The notes under the pieces are model-generated. The model worked only from the letters and a program-made list of their open reading frames with translations, was not told the DNA's origin and did no database searches. This document shows positions 10,069-19,964 of a stretch of DNA of 64,000 nucleotides, in pieces. How positions within the stretch are numbered: position 1 is the first letter of the stretch; each line of letters opens with the position of its first letter. The DNA comes from Verrucomicrobiales bacterium. GTDB lineage: Bacteria > Verrucomicrobiota > Verrucomicrobiia > Verrucomicrobiales > V1-33. A program made the translations under genes and the position numbers. The stretch spans positions 4,855 to 68,854 of the forward strand of contig JBBQWG010000017.1 of the NCBI GenBank assembly GCA_038210825.1, given 5' to 3'.

Positions 10069-10992
10069 ATGATCCTGCAAGCCCGCCACCGCACGGTGAC
10101 CTTCCCCCGCCGTCCCCTGGTCATGGGGATTGTGAACATCAATGACGATTCCTTTTGCGGAGATGGGACGCTGGATCCTGCCGTGGCCCTGGCGCAGGCA
10201 AAACGCATGGCAGCGGAAGGGGCGGACATCATTGATGCGGGAGCCGAAAGCGCGCGGACCAACCGGCCGGCCATCACGGTGGACGAAGAAGTAAAACGCC
10301 TGACTTCCTTCATCGGGGCCTATCAAGAGTGGGCCCGGGAAGCGGTGGCGGCTGATCCCCCCATGGATGCGGAACAATTGTGGCCGCCCCTGTTGTCACT
10401 GAATACATGGCGGCCGGAAGTGGTGGAGGCCGTGCTGCCGCTGGGCGGGGATTTGCTGAATGACATCGGGGCCCTGCCCGAAGACCGGAATGCCCGGCTT
10501 TGTGCCCGCCATGGGGTGGCTCTGCTGATCATGCACAGCATGGGCCTGCCCAAGGAAAAACACACGCATGTCGGGTATCCTTCGATCATGGCCGAGCTGG
10601 ACCGGTTTTTCGCGGAAAAACTGGCGATATGTCAGGCCGCCGGACTGCCGGTGGAGTCCATCGTACTCGATCCCGGGATCGATTTTGCCAAACAACTGGA
10701 GGATAACCTGACTATTTTCCGCGAACTGGAACGGCTGGGGCGATTCGCCCGGCCGGTTCTGCTGCCGGTTTCTAGGAAGACCGTGATTGGGGAGGTGCTG
10801 GGGCTGCCGGATCCGCTGGACCGCGATGCCGGCACCCTTGCCTGTATAGCCCGGGGTATGTCCGCAGGAATGCACCTATTCCGGGTGCACAACGTCAAAG
10901 CCGCCGCTGAAGCGGTGAAAGTGTTATGGGCTGTGGAAGGCGGAAGCGATCTGTTGGCGTCCCGCCTTCAGGCGGCTTCCGGCTCCGCCTGA
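10069..10992 (+). CDS. folP: Dihydropteroate synthase (divergent loops)
   Basis: VMGIVN..DSF, DIIDAGAES, LLNDI, LDPGI, VSRK and FRVHNV motifs. Confidence 0.85.
   Translation: MILQARHRTVTFPRRPLVMGIVNINDDSFCGDGTLDPAVALAQAKRMAAEGADIIDAGAESARTNRPAITVDEEVKRLTSFIGAYQEWAREAVAADPPMDAEQLWPPLLSLNTWRPEVVEAVLPLGGDLLNDIGALPEDRNARLCARHGVALLIMHSMGLPKEKHTHVGYPSIMAELDRFFAEKLAICQAAGLPVESIVLDPGIDFAKQLEDNLTIFRELERLGRFARPVLLPVSRKTVIGEVLGLPDPLDRDAGTLACIARGMSAGMHLFRVHNVKAAAEAVKVLWAVEGGSDLLASRLQAASGSA
10953..10975 (+). repeat. REP-like palindrome, copy 1 (overlaps the folP 3' end)
   Basis: GTTGGCGTCCCGCCTTCAGGCGG; near-identical to the reverse complement of 12435-12458. Confidence 0.65.
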
Positions 10993-11028
10993 CGCCCCGC
11001 CGTTTATGCCTCGGAGGCACCAAAGTGA

Positions 11029-12309
11029 CTATACCTTCACTTCCCATCCCTTGCGGTAGGACTCCCGGCCCCACCACTTCATGGCGCCGGGATTTTCCAT
11101 CATTTTCCCGGATTGGGGATCACACCGGATCACCGTGTTGGTGCGGTAAGCCAGGTTGCCGAGGTGGCACATCATGGTGCTTTTCTGGCCTTCGTTAATC
11201 GGGCTGTTGAGTTTGGTGTCCCCGCGGATTGCTTCAATGAAGTTGGCAATATGGGAAACATCACCCGTGCCGGCGGTGCTGGCCTTGCCGGTGCTGATTT
11301 CCATCCCTTTCGGATCGTAAATCTTCCATGAATCCCGGTCGATGCCCATGCTGCCGTGTTCGCCATAAAACACGCATTCGGCGGCTGGTTTTTCCGCGGC
11401 GCGGGGATGACAACTGCTCTGCACCCATTCGCAGCCGGCGTGACCGAAATCATACACGGCAGTGCCGGTGTCCGGAGTCTCCTGGGGATCCTCATGACCG
11501 TAGCGGCCCCCTTGGTAGGTCACGCTCAAGGGATAATCCGCCTTCAGCCCCCAGCGCAGGATGTCGAGGGTGTGGACGCCATTATTGCCTAGTTCCCCAT
11601 TGCCCCAATGCCACAGCCAATGCCAATCGTAGTGGGTGAAACGTTTCAGGTCGTGGGCCGCGTCATCCGGAACTGGTCCCTGCCACAGATTGAAATCAAG
11701 ATCAGCAGAGGCTGGATGCTCCCCCAACCCGATGGCCTTCCGGTTGTTATAATAAAACGCCCGGCCAAACCGGACGGTCCCGATGGCCCCGGCGTGCAGG
11801 GCTTCGACGGCATCTTTCATCCAAGTGCGGCGCTGGTTGCCCATCTGCACGAGGCGGTCAGACTTGATCGAAGCCTCGACGATCATTTCCGCCTCCCGCG
11901 CGTTCTGGCTGCCGGGCTTCTCGACATATACGTGTTTTCCTGCCTGCAGGCAAAGAAGCGCGGCGGGAGTATGCCAAAAATTGGGAGTGGCGATGAATAC
12001 CGCATCCAGAGTCGGGTCATCCAGAAAGCTGCGGAAGTCCTTCACGCCACGGCAGACGGCAGACTGTGATTTGCTCACCAGTTTCAGACCGGTGTCGAGG
12101 CGTTTTGGATCCACCTCTGCCAGCCAGTCGATTTCCACCCCGGGGATTTTAAGAAGCGCCTGGACATGCCCCAGCCCCCGTCCCAGCGCCACCACGGCCA
12201 CTTTGACTTTGTTGGCCGCAGCATTCGCGCCACGCAGGCGGCTGCCGGGAAGAACGGCGGCAGTGGTGCCGAGGGCAGCGGACTGAAAAAGGAAGGAACG
12301 GCGTCTCAT
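11029..12309 (-). CDS. Tat-exported Gfo/Idh/MocA oxidoreductase
   Basis: RRRSFL signal; DAVFIATPNFWH, GKHVYVEKP and QMGNQRR motifs. Confidence 0.9.
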   Translation of the reverse strand: MRRRSFLFQSAALGTTAAVLPGSRLRGANAAANKVKVAVVALGRGLGHVQALLKIPGVEIDWLAEVDPKRLDTGLKLVSKSQSAVCRGVKDFRSFLDDPTLDAVFIATPNFWHTPAALLCLQAGKHVYVEKPGSQNAREAEMIVEASIKSDRLVQMGNQRRTWMKDAVEALHAGAIGTVRFGRAFYYNNRKAIGLGEHPASADLDFNLWQGPVPDDAAHDLKRFTHYDWHWLWHWGNGELGNNGVHTLDILRWGLKADYPLSVTYQGGRYGHEDPQETPDTGTAVYDFGHAGCEWVQSSCHPRAAEKPAAECVFYGEHGSMGIDRDSWKIYDPKGMEISTGKASTAGTGDVSHIANFIEAIRGDTKLNSPINEGQKSTMMCHLGNLAYRTNTVIRCDPQSGKMMENPGAMKWWGRESYRKGWEVKV

Positions 12310-12434
12310 GGAAATCAGGAACGTGGTGCCCAGGATGCGTCTTGCAATTCAAGCTACCGCAATTTTTTCAGAAAATTTGGTTCATCGTTTATATTGGATT
12401 CACCGCATCGGCTGCACGATCAAGTCAGCCGATT

Positions 12435-12458
12435 CCGCCTGAAAGGCGGGACTCCAAC
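12435..12458 (-). repeat. REP-like palindrome, copy 2
   Basis: Reverse complement GTTGGAGTCCCGCCTTTCAGGCGG: a GGAG foot plus a CCGCC/GGCGG hairpin. Confidence 0.65.
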
Positions 12459-12542
12459 CTGGGGTGCAGCACAAGGTTGGCGTTATTGAATCAGGCGCTT
12501 CTCCAACCGAAGCGCGGGACGACACAAAATATTACCCCCCAC

Positions 12543-14783
12543 TCAGGGCAGCGGAAAGCGGCGGTTCAATTCGGCGGCCCAGGTCTGGGTGGCGGCGAGG
12601 ACGGCATGGTCGCCGATGTTGCTGAGCACCTTGTGGATGGCGTCGGAGATTTGTTCCATCTCGGCTTCCTTCATGCCGCGGGTGGTGACGGCCGGGGTGC
12701 CGATGCGGATTCCGCTGGGCCGGAAAGGGCTGGCGGTGTCGAACGGGATGCTGTTTTTGTTTACAGTGATCCCTGCTTCGTCAAGCGTTTCCTGGGCGGT
12801 CTTGCCGTCGAGTCCCTGGGGCCTGAGGTCAATCAGCATGAGGTGGTTATCCGTGCCCCCGGAAGCCACGGTATAGCCATTTTTCACCATGCGGGCGGCG
12901 AGGGCCTGGGCGTTTTTGACAATCTGTGCCTGGTATTCCCTGAAGCCGGGCTGGAGGGCTTCGTGGAAACAGACGGCCTTGGCGGCAATGACATGCATGA
13001 GGGGGCCACCCTGCACCCCGGGGAAGACCTGGGCGTCGATCTTTTTGGCGTGTTCGGCTTTACAAAGGATAATGCCGCCTCGGGGGCCGCGCAGGCTCTT
13101 GTGGGTGGTGCTGGTGACAAAGTCCGCATGAGGCACTGGGCTGGGATGCACGCCGGCAGCGACCAGACCGGCGATGTGGGCCATGTCCACAAAAAGCAGG
13201 GCCCCCACACTTTTCGCGATTTCGGCCATGCGGGCAAAGTCGATGGTGCGCGGGTAGGCACTGGCTCCGGCGGTGATCATTTTCGGTCTCACCGCCAGCG
13301 CGGTTTGGGCGAGTTCATCGTAATCAATGCGGCCGTCTTTTTCACTGACACCGTAGTGGGTGACCGCGTAGAACTTGCCGGAAAAGTTGGCCGGGTGGCC
13401 GTGGGTCAGATGGCCGCCGTGGGCCAGATTCATGGTCAGGATTTTGTCGCCGGGGTCGAGGAAGGCAAAATACACGGCGGCATTGGCCTGGCTGCCCGAG
13501 TGGGGCTGGACATTGGCGTGGTCGGCTCCGAAAATCTGCTTCACGCGGTCGATGGCCAACTGCTCGGCCACATCGACATTTTCACAGCCGCCATACCAGC
13601 GTTTTCCGGGATATCCTTCGGCGTATTTGTTGGTGAGGCAACTGCCCTGGGCTTCCATCACCGCACGGCTGGCAAAGTTTTCGCTGGCGATGAGTTCGAT
13701 GAAGTTCTGCTGGCGGACCGCTTCCTTGTTGATGCAGGAGGCAATTTCGGGGTCCACCGAGGTCAGCCCCGGGTTCATTTTAACCACGCGGGTTTCATGG
13801 CGGCCGGCTTCGAATTCCGTGGCCAAAAAGGCTTCCGCCATTTCCGCAGCGGCGGCGGGCGCGGTATGGCCGGCGAAGACCATGACGTTGGCATTGTTAT
13901 GCCTGCGGGTCATCACGGCGGCGTTGGTGTCATTAAGCAGGGCGGCCATAATTCCTTTATTCCGGTTGGCGGCGATGCTCATTCCAATGCCGGTGGTGCA
14001 GACAAGGAGGCCCGTATCGAAGTCACCGGCCAGGACGCGCTGGGAGACTGTTTTGGCGTAGTCCGGATAGTCCACCCGGTCGCCGCTGTGCGTGCCGATG
14101 TCCTCTACGATATGGCCTTTGGCCCGCAGCGCCTGGACGAGGGCATCCTTGAGCTGGAGCCCCCCATGATCTGCTCCGGCGATGATGGTTTTGAGTCCCT
14201 TGTCTGCAGCGGGGGAAACTGAGGCGGCAGCAGGGGCATCGGCTAGGGCGGAAGGCGTCATGGTAGGGTGGGATAGAGTGGAGGAGAGGGCGGCGGGACC
14301 TGGCGGAGAACCGCCGGCAGGTTTCCAGGTGGTTTCGATAAAGGCGTGAACTGATGGCAGGGCCCGCTTCAGGGTGTCGAGCGTTTCTTCATAGGCCCCG
14401 CGGCCATAACCGATAGGGTCCGGAACATCCTGTCCCATCAGGTCATCGTCCGGGCAGAATTCGCATACCAGATACGTCTTGGCGGCGGCCTTGGGGTAAA
14501 GGGATTCGACGTAGGCGCGGTGGCCGGTGGTCATCGTAAAAATATGGGTGGCCTCCTGGACCATCTCCCGGGTGAGCGGCTGGCTGCGGAACCGGCTGAG
14601 GTCCACCTTTTCCGTTTTAAGGACTTCCACCGTGTGCTGGCTGGCCCGCTGGCCGGTGGCGGCACTGATGCCTGCGCTCTCGATGTGGTAATCATCCGCC
14701 CCCTTCACCAGGGCACGGAACAGGCCTTCCGCCATAGGGCTGCGGCAAACATTTCCAGTGCAGACGAAGATGATGTGTTTCAA
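12543..14783 (-). CDS. glyA: Triple fusion: LMW protein Tyr/Arg phosphatase + ribose-5-phosphate isomerase B + serine hydroxymethyltransferase
   Basis: One frame carrying [13 protein letters not shown], then GADHGG..DYPD..CTTGIG..RRHNNAN, then [30 protein letters not shown] start with GGAGG 8 nt upstream. Confidence 0.92.
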   Translation of the reverse strand: MKHIIFVCTGNVCRSPMAEGLFRALVKGADDYHIESAGISAATGQRASQHTVEVLKTEKVDLSRFRSQPLTREMVQEATHIFTMTTGHRAYVESLYPKAAAKTYLVCEFCPDDDLMGQDVPDPIGYGRGAYEETLDTLKRALPSVHAFIETTWKPAGGSPPGPAALSSTLSHPTMTPSALADAPAAASVSPAADKGLKTIIAGADHGGLQLKDALVQALRAKGHIVEDIGTHSGDRVDYPDYAKTVSQRVLAGDFDTGLLVCTTGIGMSIAANRNKGIMAALLNDTNAAVMTRRHNNANVMVFAGHTAPAAAAEMAEAFLATEFEAGRHETRVVKMNPGLTSVDPEIASCINKEAVRQQNFIELIASENFASRAVMEAQGSCLTNKYAEGYPGKRWYGGCENVDVAEQLAIDRVKQIFGADHANVQPHSGSQANAAVYFAFLDPGDKILTMNLAHGGHLTHGHPANFSGKFYAVTHYGVSEKDGRIDYDELAQTALAVRPKMITAGASAYPRTIDFARMAEIAKSVGALLFVDMAHIAGLVAAGVHPSPVPHADFVTSTTHKSLRGPRGGIILCKAEHAKKIDAQVFPGVQGGPLMHVIAAKAVCFHEALQPGFREYQAQIVKNAQALAARMVKNGYTVASGGTDNHLMLIDLRPQGLDGKTAQETLDEAGITVNKNSIPFDTASPFRPSGIRIGTPAVTTRGMKEAEMEQISDAIHKVLSNIGDHAVLAATQTWAAELNRRFPLP

Positions 14784-14978
14784 GAGAGGGACCTCCGTGG
14801 TCGGGTTGACCCGGGCCACCTGGCGACCAGGCATCCGCGGAAGCAACAAAGGACGCGGAAAGGAGGCAGTGTCAAGCCGGGGGGAACCTCCCCCGCTTCA
14901 CCCGCCCCTGCGGCCCGGGTGCCCTGACCGGGAAATCCAACGCGTGACATCCGGTCCAAATCCGCTATGGGTCCCAGC

Positions 14979-15500
14979 ATGAAAATCCCTGTCTTGCTGC
15001 TGATTGCCCTTTGTCCCGGATTGGCCATGGCCCAGGCTCCAGCCCCGGCCCCGGCGGCTCCGGGCGTGACCGACACCGAGGCCCCCAACCAGTTCTGGGA
15101 CTGCACCCTGCCCGGAGGCAGCTATACCGTGGCCCTGAATAAAATCAGCGTCGTCAGCCTGCACGAATTTAACCTGACCGGCGGCCGGGTCACGGAATTC
15201 AATATCATCACGGAAGGTGCCGGTATGGCGCGGTTTTATTTCATGGAAGCCGCCCTGCCCGGCAGTGGGTCGGCGGCCGCCGAGGCCGCCAAAACCCGCC
15301 TGACCGAACTGGCCAATACTGCTGCCGACCGCACCGGCACGGAAAAAGTCTGGCAAAAGGTCATGAAGGATTATCCCCTGGCCACGCATGCCCACACCAT
15401 CGAATTCCGCCTCCAGTCCAAAGCCGACCTGGTCGCCCTGCATGCCAGCGCCAAACGCGCGTGGATGACCGGGCGGGGCCGCACCGTAACCGCTTCCTGA
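14979..15500 (+). CDS. Secreted hypothetical protein
   Basis: Signal peptide, AP-rich linker and a globular domain (FWDCTLPGG..HAHTIEFRL). Family not recognised. Confidence 0.7.
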   Translation: MKIPVLLLIALCPGLAMAQAPAPAPAAPGVTDTEAPNQFWDCTLPGGSYTVALNKISVVSLHEFNLTGGRVTEFNIITEGAGMARFYFMEAALPGSGSAAAEAAKTRLTELANTAADRTGTEKVWQKVMKDYPLATHAHTIEFRLQSKADLVALHASAKRAWMTGRGRTVTAS

Positions 15501-15533
15501 AGTGAACAGACCTTGATCTGAAAACTCCTCCTC

Positions 15534-16910
15534 ATGAAATCCACCCCTCTCGTCCTCCTGCTCACCCTGACCTGCGGCGGCCTTGCGGCCGGTTATTGGT
15601 TGGGGCATGCCCGTGCCAGCGCCACGGGGGCGGATACCGAACGCCGGATGGATGAGGCTATCGCCCTTGCCACCGCGAAGGCCAAAGCCGAGGCCGCCCG
15701 TGACTTTGCCATGAACAGCCGCATTCCCATGCCTGCGGGAATGTCGGCGGATGGCCTCAACGGCATCATGTCCGCTCCCGGTCCCCTCGACCGCTTTCAG
15801 GGTATCTTCTCCCATATCCAAGGGCTTCCGGCGGATCAAATTGAAAGCGAAATCCTCAATGTCCGCGAACAGATGCAGGCCGGGAATTTTGATCCGGAAC
15901 GCATGTTTGCCATGCACCTGCTGATGACGCGCTTTGGTCTGGAACAACCCGAGCGGGCCGTCACCTGGCTGGATGGTCAGGACATGATGACGCGCGGATT
16001 CGGCACGGTGACGGTGCTGGCCAGTCTTGCCAGCAAGGATCCACAGCTCGCGGCCAAATTTTTCAACGATCCTGACAATCCCATCCTGAGGATGCCGCGG
16101 GTTGGCTCCTTCGCCGCCTTGGGGGTAGCCCGGGAATGGGCCCGCACGGATCCCTCCGGAGCCATGACCTGGGCCAAGTCCCTGCCGGAAGACAGCCGGG
16201 CCGGAGCCTTCACCGGGCTGATCGGCGGCCAGATGGCGGAGGATCCGATGGCGGCCACCCGCACCGCCGCAGAACTCCCGCCCGGGGAAGACCGCGAACG
16301 CCTGCTGGGAAATATCGCGGAAAACTGGGGCACCAAGGATCCCCAGGCTGCGCTTGGCTGGGCCAATACCCTGGAAGGAAACGAAAAAGCGGAAGCCACC
16401 AAAAAGGCTTTGAATGGCTGGGCCAACAAGGATCCCAAAGCTGCCGCCGATCACCTCGCCACCCTGCCCGCTGCCGAACGCGACCAATACACCGGCAGCG
16501 TGGCCGCCCGCTGGGCCAACCGCAATCCCGCCGAGGCAGCCACCTGGGTCGGCACCCAGCCGGAAGGCGAAGGCCGCAAGGAAGCCATGGGATCGGTGAT
16601 GGGCACATGGGCCGAGACCGAACCGGAAAAGGCCAGTGCATGGCTTGTCACCCAGCCGGCCGGCCCCAGCAAGGACGCGGGCATCGTCACTCTTGCCAAC
16701 AGCCAGATGAAATCCGATCCGGAAGCCGCCCTCACATGGGCGGCCACCATTGAGGACCCCACCGCCCGGTCCCTGCAGATGAAAACCAATATCCGTCAAT
16801 GGGCCCGCCGTGACGCCGGCAGTGCCACCCAGTGGGTCAACACGGCTCCGGGGCTCACTCCGGAGGACCGCACCGAGCTGCTGCCCGCCCCCAAACCGCC
16901 GGCCCCCTAA
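15534..16910 (+). CDS. Membrane-anchored alpha-solenoid repeat protein
   Basis: N-terminal hydrophobic segment and about nine repeats of roughly 30 aa of the form W-x3-DP-x-AA-x2-W. Confidence 0.8.
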   Translation: MKSTPLVLLLTLTCGGLAAGYWLGHARASATGADTERRMDEAIALATAKAKAEAARDFAMNSRIPMPAGMSADGLNGIMSAPGPLDRFQGIFSHIQGLPADQIESEILNVREQMQAGNFDPERMFAMHLLMTRFGLEQPERAVTWLDGQDMMTRGFGTVTVLASLASKDPQLAAKFFNDPDNPILRMPRVGSFAALGVAREWARTDPSGAMTWAKSLPEDSRAGAFTGLIGGQMAEDPMAATRTAAELPPGEDRERLLGNIAENWGTKDPQAALGWANTLEGNEKAEATKKALNGWANKDPKAAADHLATLPAAERDQYTGSVAARWANRNPAEAATWVGTQPEGEGRKEAMGSVMGTWAETEPEKASAWLVTQPAGPSKDAGIVTLANSQMKSDPEAALTWAATIEDPTARSLQMKTNIRQWARRDAGSATQWVNTAPGLTPEDRTELLPAPKPPAP

Positions 16911-16956
16911 AACTTCTCATCCCTAACATTTCGGCTCCCCCTGACGCTTTGTATCC

Positions 16957-18627
16957 CTAACGTTTGAAAACGGTGCTGGCCTTCTGATTATTCGCGGGCT
17001 GCACATCCAGCAGGCCGTTGGGATTGATCAGTTGGGAGCGGTAGTTCAGGCCGGTCGCGGAGCGGGTCAATTCCAATTGATTCACCGGCAAAGTCACGGT
17101 GGTGGTAGCCCCGGGGCTGAGGGGTGGGATTTGCCAGCCGGTCTGGCCCATGCTGTCGGTAATGTTCAACTGCAACCCGCTGACCGCCGAACCACTGCGG
17201 TTCTGCACGACAATTTCCATCTGGCCGCTGTCGTTGTTGAAATAGTGGCTGGAAACCGCAGTATCCACCCGGACAGGATCCGCCCAGTTCATCGCCCAGC
17301 CAAGATTCAGAATGCCCGAGCCGTAGGCAGGATCGGCTCCCGGGGCTCCGCCGTCACTGCTGAATTGCTCCAGCACCGACCATGCCTGGTTGGCGGACAT
17401 GCCAGGGTTCTGGCTCATCATCGCGGCCACCGCACCAGCCACAATGGGCGAGCTGCCGGAGGTGCCATCGAAGACCACCCGTTCCCCATTCAGCCATGCG
17501 GTATTGATGCCATAGCCGGGCGCGGTTATTTTCAGGCCTTCTCCGGAATTGGAAAAGGAGGCCTGTTGTTCCACCGCATCCACCGCCCCCACCGAAATCA
17601 CGCGCGGGTCCGCCGCCGGCCAGGTCATGGTGGCCGCCTGGTCGTTGCCGGAGGGTGCCACGATCACCACCCCGCGCTTGTCCGCATAATCAATCGCCTG
17701 CGTCAGGATGGAGGCATTTTGATAGGCTCCAAGGCTGATATTGACCACCTGCGCTCCCGCATCCACTGCGGCCTGGATCGCTTTGGCCAGGGTAAAGAGG
17801 TCACTGGTGCCATCAGCTCCGGTCACCTTGATGCTTAGCGCCGTGGCACCCGGAGCGACCCCCATGGCATCCGGAGATTGGCCGAGGGCAAGGGCCGCCA
17901 CTGCCGTGCCATGGCCGTCCCCCTCGCTGGAACCAAGGAGGCCCATCCCCACATCGAGATACCGCACCCGGCCGGTGCCAAAAGTGGCATCCGCTGCCAC
18001 ACCGCTATCCAAAATCGCGATGGTGATGCCTTTGCCCCAGGTGCTGTGGTCGCCGTTCACTCCGAGAAAGGCCAGCATGTTGTCGCCAAAGGGCACCTCA
18101 TTCTGCGCGGCCCGGTCTTCCTTCACCGGGGTATCCGGGATGTAGGCAATGTAGTTCGCAGAGACCTCGTCATAATCCGAGGCGTTGGCAAGGAGGTCTT
18201 TTTGCAGAGCGGTCAGGTCCTCATAGCCTACCCGGACCATGCGGAAGCCATCGAGTTGATCAAGTACCTTCAGCCCGGCGGCGGCCGCTCTCGCCAGAAA
18301 GGCCCGGTAGGCTTCCTCATTCTTGAACGAAATCAGCGCCTCTTTTTCCCGGGCACCCTCCACTTCCAATTTCCGCTTCAACAAGGCCATGATGCGTTCT
18401 GCCGCATCCGCCCATTGCCGGGCGAGACTGAAGTCCAGACGTGGTTCCTCCTGAACTTTTTCCCGCTCCTGCGAAGGTTTCGGGGGCTCGCCCGGAGGTT
18501 GCGCAGGCCCGCGGCCTGACCACCAATCCCACGACCCCGACCAGTCCCGCGGCAGAATCAGCAGGAGCAGCCCGGCCAGCATCCCCCCCAGAATGAGAGG
18601 AAGCAGCATGGGCAGTCGGGATTTCAT
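16957..18627 (-). CDS. Membrane-anchored S8 (subtilisin) serine peptidase with an Ig-like C-terminus
   Basis: ILDSG, HGTAVA, SGN and GTSGSSP catalytic motifs; N-terminal TM segment. Confidence 0.9.
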   Translation of the reverse strand: MKSRLPMLLPLILGGMLAGLLLLILPRDWSGSWDWWSGRGPAQPPGEPPKPSQEREKVQEEPRLDFSLARQWADAAERIMALLKRKLEVEGAREKEALISFKNEEAYRAFLARAAAAGLKVLDQLDGFRMVRVGYEDLTALQKDLLANASDYDEVSANYIAYIPDTPVKEDRAAQNEVPFGDNMLAFLGVNGDHSTWGKGITIAILDSGVAADATFGTGRVRYLDVGMGLLGSSEGDGHGTAVAALALGQSPDAMGVAPGATALSIKVTGADGTSDLFTLAKAIQAAVDAGAQVVNISLGAYQNASILTQAIDYADKRGVVIVAPSGNDQAATMTWPAADPRVISVGAVDAVEQQASFSNSGEGLKITAPGYGINTAWLNGERVVFDGTSGSSPIVAGAVAAMMSQNPGMSANQAWSVLEQFSSDGGAPGADPAYGSGILNLGWAMNWADPVRVDTAVSSHYFNNDSGQMEIVVQNRSGSAVSGLQLNITDSMGQTGWQIPPLSPGATTTVTLPVNQLELTRSATGLNYRSQLINPNGLLDVQPANNQKASTVFKR

Positions 18628-18725
18628 GGAAAAATATTAGCCTCGGGCTGATTGAGTTTCAATCGGTGGAATCGGTTCAATATCCGTCCCGGATTCCTGA
18701 AGAATCAGGTTGATTAAACTAGCCG

Positions 18726-19868
18726 ATGAGCCATGACAGGCCATTCCCCATGTCCGACCGTCCCCGCCATGACATTGCCCGCCTTGCGGCTGAATTCCGC
18801 ATGCCTGGCGATTACGTCAGCCACGCCCCCTGCGGACATGGCCACATCAATGATACCTTCGAAGTGCGCGTCAACCAGGCAGGGACGCCGGTGCGCTACA
18901 TTCTCCAGCGGATCAATCACAGCATTTTCACCCGGCCGGAGCTGGTGATGGAAAACATCCACCGCGTCACCTCCCACATCGCGGCCAAACTGCAGGCGGC
19001 CAAGACGCCGGATGTCTACCGGCGTGTCCTGACACTTGTCCCCTGTCATGATGGACGGCTCTGGCATCAGGACTGCACGGGCAACCACTGGCGGGCCTAC
19101 CTGTATGTTGAGGGTGCGGAGGCCCACAGCCATGTGAACAGCACCGCCCTCGCCGAAGAAGCGGCCAAATCCTTCGGCCAGTTTCAATATTATCTGGCGG
19201 ATTTGCCCGCCCCGCGCCTCGCCGACACGATCCCGGACTTTCATCACACCCGCAGCCGCTACGATACGCTGATGAAGGCCGCCTCGCAGGACAAGGCCAG
19301 CCGCCGGGATTCGGTGGCTGCGGACCTCGATTGGTGCCGCGCCCGCGAATCCATGGTGGATGTCCTGCTGGAAGGCCAGTCCAGAGGAGAACTGCCCGAG
19401 CGCATCACCCACAACGACACCAAAATCAACAACGTGATGATCGATCATCACAGCGGGGAAGGCATTTGTGTCATGGACCTCGACACCGTCATGCCCGGTC
19501 TGGTGCTGTATGATTTCGGCGACCTCGTGCGCACCACCACCATCTCCACCGCAGAGGACGAGCAGGACACCAGCCTTGTGCAAATGCGCCTGCCCATGTT
19601 CGAAGCCCTCGTCCGGGGCTACCTCTCCAGCGCCCGCCGCTTTCTCACCCAGGGAGAAATCAATCATCTCGCTTTTGCCGGCAAGCTCATCACCTTCGAA
19701 ACGGGCCTGCGCTTCCTCACCGATTATTTGAATGGGGATGTCTACTTCAAGACGCGCCATCCCAGTCACAATCTGGAACGTTTCCGGGTCCAGGCCCGCC
19801 TGGTGGAATCCATCGGCCGGCAACAGAGCGCCATGGAAGACATCGTGGCCCGCCTGGCCAGGGGGTAG
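18726..19868 (+). CDS. Aminoglycoside-phosphotransferase-fold kinase (N-acetylhexosamine 1-kinase-like)
   Basis: GHGHINDTF, YILQRIN, THNDTKINN, MDLDT, YDFGD and RFLTDYL motifs. Confidence 0.85.
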   Translation: MSHDRPFPMSDRPRHDIARLAAEFRMPGDYVSHAPCGHGHINDTFEVRVNQAGTPVRYILQRINHSIFTRPELVMENIHRVTSHIAAKLQAAKTPDVYRRVLTLVPCHDGRLWHQDCTGNHWRAYLYVEGAEAHSHVNSTALAEEAAKSFGQFQYYLADLPAPRLADTIPDFHHTRSRYDTLMKAASQDKASRRDSVAADLDWCRARESMVDVLLEGQSRGELPERITHNDTKINNVMIDHHSGEGICVMDLDTVMPGLVLYDFGDLVRTTTISTAEDEQDTSLVQMRLPMFEALVRGYLSSARRFLTQGEINHLAFAGKLITFETGLRFLTDYLNGDVYFKTRHPSHNLERFRVQARLVESIGRQQSAMEDIVARLARG

Positions 19869-19964
19869 GCCCGGCGGCGGGCCCGGACCGCTGCGGCCAG
19901 TGCCGGATAAAGAACCGGCGGTGCATTGCTAATCGGACAAGGTGTGTTAAATTCCGCACTTTGC

